A DNA stretch of 50,486 bases from Octopus bimaculoides (GCF_001194135.2 NC_068990.1:62326990-62377475); one strand, 5' to 3'. Positions 23,520 to 36,890 are shown, numbered from the stretch's first letter. Numbers and translations: made by a program. The notes: generated by a model from the sequence alone, not told the origin.

Positions 23520-23940
23520 TCCTTTGGGTCACATGGACTTAACTCTCCTCCACTCTTCAAATAACCCTCCTTCCCTCTCCTCTCTCCCTCTAACACCTAC
23601 TTCCTCCCACCCACCTCTCCTCTCTTGCTCCAACTCCTACTTCTTCTCTTCACTCATATTCTCCTTCTCTCTTCTCTTCATTCCTACCCACCTTCTCCCT
23701 TCCCCTCTCCCTTCATCGTCACTCCTCCCTCGTAACCCCACCCCTACACAATCCAACCCACCTTCCCTATCCATCCCATTCCACTCTACCCCATCCCTTA
23801 CCCCGACTCCCACATACCCCNNNNNNNNNNNNNNNNNNNNNNNNNNNNNNNNNNNNNNNNNNNNNNNNNNNNNNNNNNNNNNNNNNNNNNNCCCCACCCA
23901 CCCCACCTCCACCCAACCCCACCTCTACATCACCCCACCT
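23520..23940. repeat. Pyrimidine/C-rich low-complexity tract with an N gap
   Basis: The plus strand is almost entirely C/T with many CCCC and CCC runs. Confidence 0.9.
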
Positions 23941-23994
23941 CGATATAATAAGTACCTTGTGCTAAAATTCGAAATCAATATTTGAGCAGCATTT

Positions 23995-24425
23995 TAAGGG
24001 AGCGAGCTAGCAGAATTATTATTACGCTGTGCAAAATGCTTAGCGTATTTCGAACATCTTGTTCTGAGTTTAAATGATGCCAAGTTCGCCTTTGCCTTTC
24101 AACCTTTTGCGATCGAAATGTAAGTACCAGTAGAACACTAGGGTTGATTTGCACCCTCTCCCGAAATTGCTGGCCTTGTGCGAAAACTTGAAACTAATGT
24201 TATAACAAAATAAGGCAGTGAGCTGGTAAAATCGTTAGGACGCTACGCAAAATGCTTAGCGGCATTTTGTCCGTCTACGTTCCGAGATCAAATTCCACCG
24301 AGGTCGACTTTGCTTTTCATCCTACCGGGATCCATAAAATATGTACCAGTTGAGCACTGGGATCGATGTAATCGTCTTACCCCTTCCTTCGAATTTGCTG
24401 GCACTGTGCCATAATTTGAAATCAA
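23995..24425 (+). mobile_element. Two tandem SINE family B copies (23995-24195, 24212-24425)
   Basis: Each has aagg..gagct..aaaatgcttagcg..ttgcctttca..aagtaccag..aaatttgaaa. Confidence 0.8.
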
Positions 24426-24981
24426 TAATTCCCACGGAAATTCCCTGACCTCAAAATAAACTATAAGTAACCCTCAGAGTTCATGAACTCATAACCAAAG
24501 CGATCACGATAAGATGTTTGATAGTTTTCTTGCTACTGCAACGTTAATCTAAGAACTGATCTGGAGTGGAATTGTAAGTAGACAATATTTCAATTTTCTA
24601 GATTATTTACCGGAACCGATACCAATAGTCTTCAGAGAAACTTCTATTGCTAAAAGAGGCGTAAAACTAAAATTGACATAATCATGGTTGCAGTAGACCC
24701 TAAGGGAAGAGACACGAAATACAATTTCATACAAGCTTCGTTGCCACAATGGCAAATTATCGCTTTCTTCATGTTTTTAATTTATCGCTATGCAAAAGGA
24801 AAAAGGAAGAAAAACAAAGAAAAGAGAAAGCCAAAAAAAAAAAAAAAATCCGAAAGTACGAAAGAAACAACTAAAAACAAAGAAAAGGTTAGTGGTTATC
24901 TGAGCCAAAAAAGAGAATAACATGGTGTGTCTATCTGTCTGTCTATCATTCTACCTATACACACGTACGTATATACATACA

Positions 24982-25040
<59 letters not shown>

Positions 25041-25289
25041 ATGTATATGTATGTATGTGTGTGTGTATATATNNNNNNNNNNNNNNNNNNNNNNNNNNNN
25101 NNNNNNNNNNNNNNNNNNNNNNNNNNNNNNNNNNNNNNNNNNNNNNNNNNNNNNNNNNNNNNNNNNNNNNNNNNNNNNNNNNNNNNNNNNNNNNNNNNNN
25201 NNNNNNNNNNNNNNNNNNNNNNNNNNNNNNNNNNNNNNNNNNNNNNNNNNNNNNNNNNNNNNNNNNTATATATATATGCATATGCATAT

Positions 25290-25432
25290 GAAGGCGTGAC
25301 TGTGTGGTAAGAAGCTTGTTTCCCACCCACATGGTTCCATGTTCAGTTCTACTGCGTGATACCCTAGCCAAGTGTTTACTACAATAGCCTCGGGCCGACC
25401 AAAAGTCCTATGCGTGGATTTGGTAGACGGAA

Positions 25433-25481
<49 letters not shown>

Positions 25482-25665
25482 TGTGCGTGTGCGTGCGTGT
25501 ATGAGTGTGTGGGCGTCTTTGCTTCTGTGTGGGTTTGTTAGCGTCCCCGTAACCTAGCAGCCCAGCAAATGAAACATGTAAAAGGAAGTTCTGGGATCGA
25601 TTTCTTCGACTAAAACCCTTCCAGTACGTTTCCAGTCTAATAACTGAAACAAGCAACAAAAAAAA
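25290..25665 (+). mobile_element. SINE family A, full length with internal (GT)n
   Basis: gaaggcgtgactgtgtggtaagaagctt..GGTTCCATGTTCAGTT..gcaagt-like core..(GT)n..aactgaaacaagc. Confidence 0.85.
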
Positions 25666-26451
25666 AGAAAATAAAATGTATAAAATACTGAGTAAGCAGA
25701 GTTTTATTAAATTTCATTGAATATTTTTTTTATTACTCAATTTACTTGGTCACTGGTTATGTTATTTATGATATAAAAATCATTGACCTTTCCAAAAGTC
25801 TTGTCTCAAACTGGGGAGGTTATCATCCATTCAATGTTGTTATAATTTTTCTTTGCGGTAACCATCTCTATGTATATATATACACACACACATATACATA
25901 TACATATATATATATACGCGCACACACAAACAGTTATGTATGATTTTCAACAGTTCTATTATTTTCATGAGAGATTTTGTATTTCATAACTTCTTTAAAA
26001 TGTATTTTTATGCTTTATAGCTAAACAATTTAGAATCGTTTTTGAATAGATCTTTATTTTCTATCATAACTTTAATTACATTTAATGTAGGTGAATGGTA
26101 TAGTTGGATGAATAGTTCTCGTATAATCAAGAAAATAATTGCAGAATAATTGAGTTTATTCAGTATTAATAATTATTTCACACTCTGTAGAAAAACGAAG
26201 TCGTAGAAACGACATTGAGTTATCTACCCTTAAATTGATGGCTCAAATTCTGCTGAGTCACATTTTTTATTATCCTTCTAGTGTTGATAAATTAAGTATT
26301 AAGTATTAGACATATACCTGTGTTGATTTAATCGATTATATGTAATTGTAAGTTGGAATAAATGCAAGAAGCCTTTGTTTTGTTTTGTCTTGGGAGAGTC
26401 ATTATGAAAAACAGATACAAAAACGAATCTTATATTTATTGTAGTGTCAAT

Positions 26452-26631
26452 ATTGTTGTTGGCACTCCGTCGCTTACGACGACGAGGGTTACAGTTGATC
26501 CGATCAACGGAACAGCCTGCTCGTGAAATCAACGTGCAAGTGGCTGAGCACTCCACAGACACGTGTACCCTTAACGTAGTTCTCGGGGATATTCAGCGAG
26601 ACACAATGTGACAAGGCTGACCCTTTGAATT
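26452..26631 (-). mobile_element. SINE family C (Ceph-SINE-like), 3' half only, (CAA)n tail
   Basis: Nearly identical to 44768-44950. Confidence 0.85.
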
Positions 26632-28412
26632 TCCCACGATAAATTTGTAATTTATTTGGAAATCCAGTTTCGGAAGAACTGAATTTGCAAATAAATTACA
26701 ATATTCAATTGAAGCCCTTTCGTTTTATTTACACCACTAATGTCAATGTGTGTATAAATCATAATTGTTTTCTTTCTCATGTTGATAATCCATTTTCGGA
26801 TATTACTGAGAAAAGATCAAACAGCTGGCATTGTGTATTATACTTGGATCTGGGACAACTGAACACAGTACCCTTATCCGATGTCCAGGAAACAGGAATT
26901 TCCAGAAACCCGGGAAAACTGCAATAGCGTGCAATATACTGTACCCTTTTTGTGGAGTTGGTTAAAAATGGTTTTATTCATTAATTTTAAAGTGAATTGA
27001 TAAAAATCAAATATAATCTGCTTTGGCAGTGTAATTATTTGAACTTGCATCTATTAATTAAGATCATGTTCTTTACTTTTTTCTTCTTTAATTTTCACCC
27101 TATAAACATTAAACTGTACACATAATACAGTATGGTATATTTTAAAAAATTTAAGTGGCTTAATAAATATCAAACAGTCCCTGTTTTAGAAGTGTATTAA
27201 TTTGAATCTGTTAAATACAATTTAACTCTTTATTTTTCATAGTTTATCTTATATTTTAAGTGTATTTTTAAACTGTCTCCAGAAAACCGGGAAATCCATA
27301 GACCCGAACTTATTCCGGTCCAACATTGCCAGATATTTGGTCTGTTAATGTATTAACATTTCTATTATTACACTTATTTTTACCTTCAAAGCATCTATTG
27401 TTTCTTCTGTTATGCTTTCCATAGAGTTATAAATCAGAAATCATTTCGATCTATCACCTCCTTAACAAAACTGTATTCAATGTTTCTTTGCCTGAAGTTT
27501 TCGAAATATTTCACTGTAAATGAAATTATAATGTTAGATGTCTGCACAATGTAAGAAATGTAAAATTATTTTCGAAGGAATACAGAGCATCTATAGACAG
27601 AAACTATTCCCAGTTAAAGTCGAACTGATAAGTATAATTAATTATCTTATATTTTGCTTTGAAATTATTTGTCATCTATTATATTTCTTTTCAAGTGAAA
27701 CTGCCATCAGTTTTGTATGTCTTTGGAGTTTTAATCTTTTGGGCATTCAGCTTTTTCAATGCAATATAACTTTTGAAATGTTTTTCTTACTTTTATTATT
27801 ACAATAGCAATATAACCTTCAATTAAAGAAAATATTCATATTTTTTCCACATCTTAAAATAGAGTTATATCTTGTTTTATTATTTTTTTTTTTTTATATA
27901 CTATCAAGTGATTTCTAAAGTATGAGAAAATGTTTATTTGAAAAGAAATATTCTTGCAGTTTTATTAACCTACATTTAGGTTTAATTTCAACGAAGAAAG
28001 ATCGTATCAATTTCCACCACGTTATTTGTTGCTTTTCTTTTTTTTCCTGTTATTTAATTTTTGTTTTCTTCAAATGTTGTATTTTATTATATTTCAGACA
28101 ACAGAGCATTGTCAGTGACGTTTTCCTATTTGTCTTCCTGCTGGATGTTAATATTGATTCTACAGTTATGGATGATGGAGATGGTTGACGTTACAAAGTG
28201 CTCGTTAAATTCAATATTGCATTTGAAGTTTTCTGCTTATGTAGTAAAAAGAAAAAAAAGAACCACATTGATAGATAAAATGGCAGATGAGATGAAGCCT
28301 TGCAATGATTCATATCATCCGTATGGGCTTTAATGTTCAAATCTCAATTGAAACACACTTACCTTTTCATTCAGTTTTGCAGCGATTAATTCAGCCAATA
28401 TTATCATTGCAC

Positions 28413-28620
28413 TAAGGCGATGAGCCGGCAGAATCCTTAGTACAGATGCTTAGCGGTATTTCGTCCGTCTTCACGTTCTGAGTTCAAATTCCACCGAAGT
28501 TGATTTTGCTTTTCATCTATTACGGGGTCGATAAAATAAGTACTAGTTAAACACTAGGGTTGATGTAATCGACTTAACCCTTCTCCTTGAAATGCTGTCC
28601 TTGTGCCAAAAATTGAAACC
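28413..28620 (+). mobile_element. SINE family B
   Basis: taaggcgatgagccggcagaat..gttctgagttcaaattcc..gggtcgataaaataagtac. Confidence 0.85.
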
Positions 28621-28990
28621 TATATTATCATTGCGCCACAGAATTCTTACTTTGCGGTACGAGGTCTACAAATGAGTTACTTTTGCAGACTTCTTGTTGC
28701 GTTTTCTTTACTGGAACGCTATCAAACTTAATTGATTTTAGGAAGAATGTTATATACAACANNNNNNNNNNNNNNNNNNNNNNNNNNNNNNNNNNNNNNN
28801 NNNNNNNNNNNNNNNNNNNNNNNNNNNNNNNNNNNNNNNNNNNNNNNNNNNNNNNNNNNNNNNNNNNNNNNNNNNNNNNNNNNNNNNNNNNNNNNNNNNN
28901 NNNNNNNNNNNNNNNNNNNNNNNNNNNNNNNNNNNNNNNNNNNNNNNNNNNNNNNNNNNNNNNNNNNNNNNNNNNNNNNNNNNNNNNNNN

Positions 28991-29040
<50 letters not shown>

Positions 29041-29044
<4 letters not shown>

Positions 29045-29230
29045 TTTGTGCCTGTATTTGTTTCCAACCACGACTTGACAACCTGTGTTGGTGAATTTAC
29101 GTCCGCGTAACTTAGCCGGCCGGCAAAAGAAGCCGATAGAATAAATACAGGGTTGATTTGTTTGACTAAATGTTTCAAGGCGGTGCTCCAGCATGACTAC
29201 AGTTCAGTGACTGAAGCAAATAAATATATG
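29041..29230 (+). mobile_element. SINE family A 3' half, after a gap and (GT)n
   Basis: tctttgtgcctgtatttg..gacttgacaacc..ccgatagaataaata..aggcggtgctccagcatg. Confidence 0.85.
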
Positions 29231-30821
29231 ATAAAAGATTTTATTAGTAGCTGTGATTTCATTAGCTAGGGAGTTAAGGGTTTACGAAATATTGACTGAG
29301 TGGAGAAGGATCTGATGTATCCATTACGTATCTTATTTACGGCGCCCTCCAAAGAGAAACTCATGTGCAATGTAATATGCTGTCTACTGCTGTCCAGTTT
29401 TTTTTTTATGCTGTTAAGAGGCTGCAAGGTATCTTGTTTACATTATATATCAGTCAATCTTTCGATGGTGTTGTTATAGAGTTAGGAGTTTTCCCGATGA
29501 TAGCGTTATATAAGCTAACATTCTTAACTACGTAAGATCAGTGTATGTTTTATCAATAAGCTGTGCCTTTCTACAGCTTAACTGACGAACTCCTGTCACT
29601 GTTATTGTTGCATAACTCAAGGTTAAACGTGATCAAGGAGACAGATGTAATATGAAAAATGTACCAGCTGTGACTGTCTCATCATATTTTCATTCTGCCC
29701 TTTCTTTTGAAATATGATAGAATGTTATTTGAAAAAGATTTTGCTCCAATCTATCTTTTATTTAATGATGTTTTCATGGGTGTTTTTTGAAAGAGATTTA
29801 GCTCCTATATCTACGAGAAGTCACTGTGTAGAGTTTTACTCTTTGACTCATAGCTGACGAGCAATTAATAATCGTTTTGAAGAGAGAGCAGGATTTGAAA
29901 GTCGAGCTTTTCTAGTAGTTAGAAGTCAAGTGAATGGCGGTGCTATTTGTGTCCATACAAAATCATGATCAAAATTCCAGCTTTAGTTTATCGTGTCTGC
30001 AGAATTAAGTTTCGTAAAAACGTCTGTGGAACTCAAAATGGAAGTAGATGAAAATCAGTGATTAGGTTGCAGAAACCGAAGAGGTCTTGTCTGTGAGAAA
30101 GGTGTGATGTAGGAGCGACAGTATGAAAAGGATACTAATACGTGTTAAGTCACGTCTCTGCGTGAAGGTGTTTGTGTTTGATGACTTACTCGTAAATTTT
30201 TCTATCTAAAAGGTGTTATCAATAAACTATCAGATGCTGAGAAATTGCTCAATCAAATTAATTTTGTTNNNNNNNNNNNNNNNNNNNNNNNNNNNNNNNN
30301 NNNNNNNNNNNNNNNNNNNNNNNNNNNNNNNNNNNNNNNNNNNNNNNNNNNNNNNNNNNNNNNNNNNNNNNNNNNNNNNNNNNNNNNNNNNNNNNNNNNN
30401 NNNNNNNNNNNNNNNNNNNNNNNNNNNNNNNNNNNNNNNNNNNNNNNNNNNNNNNNNNNNNNNNNNNNNNNNNNNNNNNNNNNNNNNNNNNNNNNNNNNN
30501 NNNNNNNNNNNNNNNNNNNNNNNNNNNNNNNNNNNNNNNNNNNNNNNNNNNNNNNNNNNNNNNNNNNNNNNNNNNNNNNNNNNNNNNNNNNNNNNNNNNN
30601 NNNNNNNNNNNNNNNNNNNNNNNNNNNNNNNNNNNNNNNNNNNNNNNNNNNNNNNNNNNNNNNNNNNNNNNNNNNNNNNNNNNNNNNNNNNNNNNNNNNN
30701 NNNNNNNNNNNNNNNNNNNNNNNNNNNNNNNNNNNNNNNNNNNNNNNNNNNNNNNNNNNNNNNNNNNNNNNNNNNATATATATTTACATATTGATATATA
30801 TATATATATAAATATATATAT

Positions 30822-31072
30822 ATGTGCAAATTTGTATGCTTTGTTTTATATATGTATTCTCATGCATATAGTTGCATGTCTAGACTTGCTTATATATACT
30901 TAAATGATAAACTTCTGGAAAGTTTTACAGATTTTTACAGTACCAGTGATGGCTTGTATGTATGTCATTATTCAGTCTATTTGAAGATTTCTTGCCAATA
31001 GAGAAAGAACCAGTTTCTAACCTAGATACAGAGCTCCTTCATTGGAATTTCAACATCAACAACAGAGTATTT
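30822..31072 (-). mobile_element. Short R4/Dong-type LINE 3' end (second copy, in tandem)
   Basis: The minus strand reads IQAITGTVKICKTFQKFII*, and its 3' UTR is homologous to 31170-31246. Confidence 0.8.
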
Positions 31073-31074
31073 TT

Positions 31075-31135
31075 GTATGTATGTATGTATGTATGTATGT
31101 ATGTATGTATGTATGTTTGTATGTATGTATGTATG

Positions 31136-31165
<30 letters not shown>
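31075..31165. repeat. (TATG)n microsatellite between the two Dong 3' ends
   Basis: Directly visible. Confidence 0.95.
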
Positions 31166-31166
<1 letters not shown>

Positions 31167-31167
31167 T

Positions 31168-33300
31168 TTATGTATGTGCAGATTTGTGTGTTTTATGTAT
31201 GTATTCTCATGCATATAGTTGCATATCTAGACATGCTCATATGTATTTAGATGATAAACTTTCGGAAAGTTTTATAGATGTTTACAATTCCAGCGATGGA
31301 TTGGATCTGTAGCCTTCGAATTAGCTTTCTCCTTTCTGGTTTTGAGAAGCCTAATTTCTCAAGATTGGTATTTAAGCAGTGTGTTACATATCCCTGGGCC
31401 CAAATAATTACAGGTATAAATCTGAACTTGTAATCTGGATAGAGTAACTGTAGATTTCTGAATAGTTCAGCATAAGTGTTCTCCTTTCCACTGATCTTCA
31501 GCTTTATGTTAACATCTGCTGGGCAGCTAATTTCCACAACTGTGCACAGTTTCTCTTGTCTATCCCAAATCATTATATCAGGTCTGTTGTGCTTACATTT
31601 TATTGAGGTCTTCACTGGTACATTCCGCCAGTATTCCTTATTATTATGAGTGACTATGGCTTCTACCATATCGTGGGTTCTTATTTCTTTGTCCTTGGAA
31701 TTATCCTTCCGACGGATTTCATTATAGTGTCCTAGCTACAACGCAATGTCTCATCGGTAGATGTATTGGAAGTAATGCAGGAGCAATAACTTTTTAGTAT
31801 TTATTCCAGCCACAGAGCATCTTGGTTAAATTCTTTCTCTTCACTCCAGATTTTCCTCCAGAAGGAGTCTATGTTTTCTCGTGAAGGAGCTTCTATGATG
31901 TTTACTGCTCCTCCTCTCATGTCTCTCTATACTGCTGCCTGGTTGCGGTTAGATTTTTGTTGTTTATTGTTCTTCTCTCGGTTATTCTCTGCTGATGCCG
32001 GAGTTTTTCACTGACAGCTTTTAACTCCTGCTTGAGGGCTATCAGTTTGCATGTGAGTGTCCCCTTTTTGCTGTCTCCAAACATACTTTCTATTTCCTTC
32101 TTTACTTTCTGTTAATGGGACGTAGAGTGATTTGTTTGTTTGCATGCAATAAGCATCATTACATGACTGATGGTCTTCCGTAAACCATTTATCTTTTTCT
32201 CTGTCTTCAATACCCATGATGTTACTTTCTTTGTTATTTCGGCTTTGTTTACTTTTTGAATATCATTCATCTACTGTTTTACAGTAGTAGCCAGAGCATA
32301 TAGACAGGGGTTAATCTGCCAGTATGTGAGTTCATCACACTGTTTGAAATACTCATCACCAATTTCGTTAACAGCTTTTAATACCGTATTTGGTGGTTTA
32401 TTTTTACTTACTTTGGTAGAAAATACTCTCTCCTCGAGAGAGTCCTTAAAAGCCAAAGTTATTTTTTCTCGGAAAATTTCAGTAAGGGCACATTTCACTG
32501 GCATATAATCCTGACAACCACTACTACTACAATAATCTTGCCTGCTGTTTACCATAGTTGTAGTAGGGGAACAGTCGTCAGTTACTTGAGCCAGTAATGT
32601 AGTTTGGCTGGCAGGCAATATAGAATCTGTTGGAATGTCTCTAGCTGCGAAACCACGTGGTGATCTTATATCATTCACAATTTTGCTTTTGTTTATAGAG
32701 TTGGGAAGAAGGTTAATTTTCGATTTCTGAATAAAGTTACAGTCAATAACCTTCTTTCTATATTCTACAAATGTTGCTTATTGGCGTAGCTGCTTCGCAG
32801 TAAAATGATTTAATTCTGAATGCAGATCGTCTCAATATGATTTCAATCGTTTCATATAGCCAACAGTGGGGTTTTGTTTCACCTTTTTCGTAGCAGTTAA
32901 ATAGATCATTATTCAATTCATAACTCTAAGAGAAATGAGTTTTTTAATTACGGGTTTCTTCTATAACTACAGCTAGAAAGACTCTCTTTACCTGTTGAGC
33001 TTATTGTTTTCTTTCTGTTCCTCGATTGTGTTGTTGATGTTATGTCCAACCATGTTGTTTGTTGTAAATTTCTGCATGCTAAATTCAAGTTTCAGGCGAA
33101 AATCACTACAATCGTAAACAAAAGGCTTCCTCAGTTAACTCATCTGAAAATTAACCAGTTATTTAACAAGGTTGCTAGTTGTGGCTCCAAAGTTGGAGAT
33201 AGCGTTCATCGTATGTTTAGCAACCAATCAAATCTTGACTAATGTTATATCAATACGTTTACGGATATATTTTCTTATATTTTGTCACGCTGTTCTTTCC
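31168..33300 (-). mobile_element. R4/Dong-type LINE with N-terminal region and REL endonuclease but no RT domain
   Basis: Myb-like N-terminus NNDLFNCYEK/QNPTVGYMKRLKSY*DDLH..TAKQLRQ (32760-32920); LTYWQINPCLYALATTVK; SFWRKIWSEEKEFNQDALWLE; a jump to LPMRHCVVARTL; then RPDIMIWDRQEKLCTVVEISCP (PD..E motif); stop at 31247. The 5' boundary is uncertain. Confidence 0.85.
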
Positions 33301-33444
33301 TTTCTCAGGTGTTTCAGTTTCAATAAAGTTAGAAATGAATTTTATTTGTTTGTATTTTATCTTTATTTGTAAAAACACAAGTGTTTGAAACAGACATACA
33401 CAAACACACACACATACAATTTAGATATATATGGACGTAAGTAC

Positions 33445-33453
33445 GTACGTACG

Positions 33454-33484
<31 letters not shown>

Positions 33485-33525
33485 GTATGTATGTATGTAT
33501 GTATGTTTGCATGTTTGTCTGTCTG

Positions 33526-33556
<31 letters not shown>
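33445..33556. repeat. (TACG)n(TATG)n(TGTC)n(TATC)n compound microsatellite
   Basis: Directly visible. Confidence 0.95.
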
Positions 33557-34575
33557 GGCGAATGGCACCGCGAGGGTCGCGTTGCTCTCAAGCAACTCTG
33601 CCGTCCGGGACCAATCTTGTGCAACTTTGATTCCACAAAAGCGTTCTATAGAGGATTAGTGGAGGGGAGGTGCGACGACGATCTCGGGCAGAATCTGGGC
33701 GTCGACGAAGAACACCTGACCCGCCTGTTCAGGACAACTTTCGGGCCGGGACCTATGGACAACCACCAGAGATCCCTGGCCTGGCAGTGCTATCGAGAAG
33801 CATTACCCGTTCGGGATAAGCTTTACAGACACGGTTCGAGACACANNNNNNNNNNNNNNNNNNNNNNNNNNNNNNNNNNNNNNNNNNNNNNNNNNNNNNN
33901 NNNNNNNNNNNNNNNNNNNNNNNNNNNNNNNNNNNNNNNNNNNNNNNNNNNNNNNNNNNNNNNNNNNNNNNNNNNNNNNNNNNNNNNNNNNNNNNNNNNN
34001 NNNNNNNNNNNNNNNNNNNNNNNNNNNNNNNNNNNNNNNNNNNNNNNNNNNNNNNNNNNNNNNNNNNNNNNNNNNNNNNNNNNNNNNNNNNNNNNNNNNN
34101 NNNNNNNNNNNNNNNNNNNNNNNNNNNNNNNNNNNNNNNNNNNNNNNNNNNNNNNNNNNNNNNNNNNNNNNNNNNNNNNNNNNNNNNNNNNNNNNNNNNN
34201 NNNNNNNNNNNNNNNNNNNNNNNNNNNNNNNNNNNNNNNNNNNNNNNNNNNNNNNNNNNNNNNNNNNNNNNNNNNNNNNNNNNNNNNNNNNNNNNNNNNN
34301 NNNNNNNNNNNNNNNNNNNNNNNNNNNNNNNNNNNNNNNNNNNNNNNNNNNNNNNNNNNNNNNNNNNNNNNNNNNNNNAGTGTCTATTCCCTGCTGAGGT
34401 TACCATGGTCTTTTCCGTAGGCTTTTCTCTCCATGGATAAACCTAATGTTACCCCATTTTACACAATTGACATTTTCTGTGATATACGATACCCTATTTT
34501 TTTTTTTTAAAGAAAAGCTCTACAGTTGTATTTGTCCCCTCTGTGTGCAGCCCTGTGTGGCTAATAAAAGAAAGT
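33557..34575 (+). mobile_element. 5'-truncated L1/Tx1-clade LINE (zf-RVT region, gap, 3' UTR)
   Basis: STKAFYRGLVE..RSLAWQCYREALPVRDKLYRHG resembles the zf-RVT motif (W...hP.rd.L). The 3' UTR ends ccctgtgtggctAATAAAagaaag. Confidence 0.75.
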
Positions 34576-34581
34576 TATCTA

Positions 34582-34619
<38 letters not shown>

Positions 34620-35214
34620 CAGTCATAGGTAGATGACAAAGTGTAAAAAGAAGTAAACTAAAGCGTTTACAACATATAGGCCGAATTAAATAATGTACGT
34701 GTGTGTTTGTATGTATATATATGAATATATGTATATTTACCTACATACGTACATGCATACACACATATACATATAGGTATGTATGGATAATAGATGCACC
34801 CACACACACAAACACACACAAAAACACACACATGCACGCGCACACAAACATATGCACGCCCTACTTGCTAATGTGTATATATATATATGTGTATATATGA
34901 ATACATATGTACAGATATCTAAATATACGTGTGTGTATGTGTGCGGATGTGCGTATGCAAGTTTCTTGTGCTTTCGAAAGAATGCCATTTGCAAGTTTCG
35001 AACAGCACTATAACCAAGTATATATTTTCTATAATATCTGTCCATTTATGTTAAGTATACACGTAATTTGCCAATATATCAAATTCCTGACTTGATGAAT
35101 ATATGCATCATGCTCAGTTACTATAACCTCGAAGCGTCGAACGAAATATTCAATTGCTCATTTTTGCACATCTTTCAAAATTATCTGAAGATGCTAAAAT
35201 CCATTTTCTGTTAG

Positions 35215-35365
35215 AACTATGGCGACACCTAAAGGTCAAAAACTACGTCTTTATGCAAGATCATAAGCTCATACATTACGCCAATATTGTATGGCAATTT
35301 TTGACAATAAAGTTTGGCGACAACGAAGTAAATCTTTCGGTGGTTCGCCCGTTACTTTACAAGGT
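35215..35365 (+). mobile_element. Degenerate Tc1/mariner catalytic-domain fragment
   Basis: NYVFMQDHKLIHYANIVWQFLTIKFGD resembles FxQDGAPPHYAxxVRQFL. Confidence 0.4.
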
Positions 35366-35754
35366 GCACATATACATCACTTACTGCGGTCTTTAATAAT
35401 AAAGCTTTATACATATAATTTACTTCCAGTATATTTCATTTATTTGCTTTTTCTTATTTGTGTCACGATACAAAATGTTAGATTAGTTTAGGGTCATCTG
35501 GTTGCATCCTACGGGTGAAGGTAAAACTCAGCTGTGATCGTGTGAATATACTCTTGAAGTTTGATCTCAGAGTGAATGGGAATACATGCTCGCAAACATT
35601 TGCACATACGAACATCCATGGTCATTTATTGAAGACGATGATAGGCATCTATACTATGTGCTTTATGGTCTGACTGTGGATTCCAAAATCTTCAACACGC
35701 GTATCCAACTATCACACTTACACACACACACAATCCCCCACACACATACACATA

Positions 35755-35792
<38 letters not shown>

Positions 35793-35919
35793 CATGTGTA
35801 CAGATATGTGTGTGTATAAACAGCGTGCGACAGAAAAACTCCACATTATTTACATGAAGACACCGTTACTATCTGCCTGACTTTATTATCACACCAATGA
35901 CTACGTGAAAATAATAATA

Positions 35920-36105
35920 ATCCTTTCTACTATAGACACAAGGCCTGACATTTGAGGGAGAGGGTTAGTAGCTTTCATCGACTCCAATGTTTCACTGGTA
36001 CTTAATTTATCGACTCCGAAAGGAAGAAAGGCAAAGTCAAACTCGGCAGAATTTGAACTCAGAACGCGAAAACAGACGAAATACCGCTGAGTATTTCACC
36101 GCCTT
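35920..36105 (-). mobile_element. SINE family B
   Basis: tcctttctactatagacacaaggcctg..actggtacttaatttatcgac..aaggcaaagtc..gaactcagaacg. Confidence 0.85.
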
Positions 36106-36109
36106 AATT

Positions 36110-36890
<781 letters not shown>

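Noticed and set aside
26866-27344. Tigger/pogo-like MITE (cagta..ccg / ..ccagatatttggtctgtta)
   Set aside because: The putative ends do not form a convincing inverted repeat.
28098-28190. Candidate exon after tatatttcag
   Set aside because: No recognisable protein and no good donor site; such acceptors are common by chance in AT-rich DNA.
29850-30250. CR1-like C-terminal remnant on the minus strand (LSHRQD)
   Set aside because: Similarity is too short and fragmented to support without a search.
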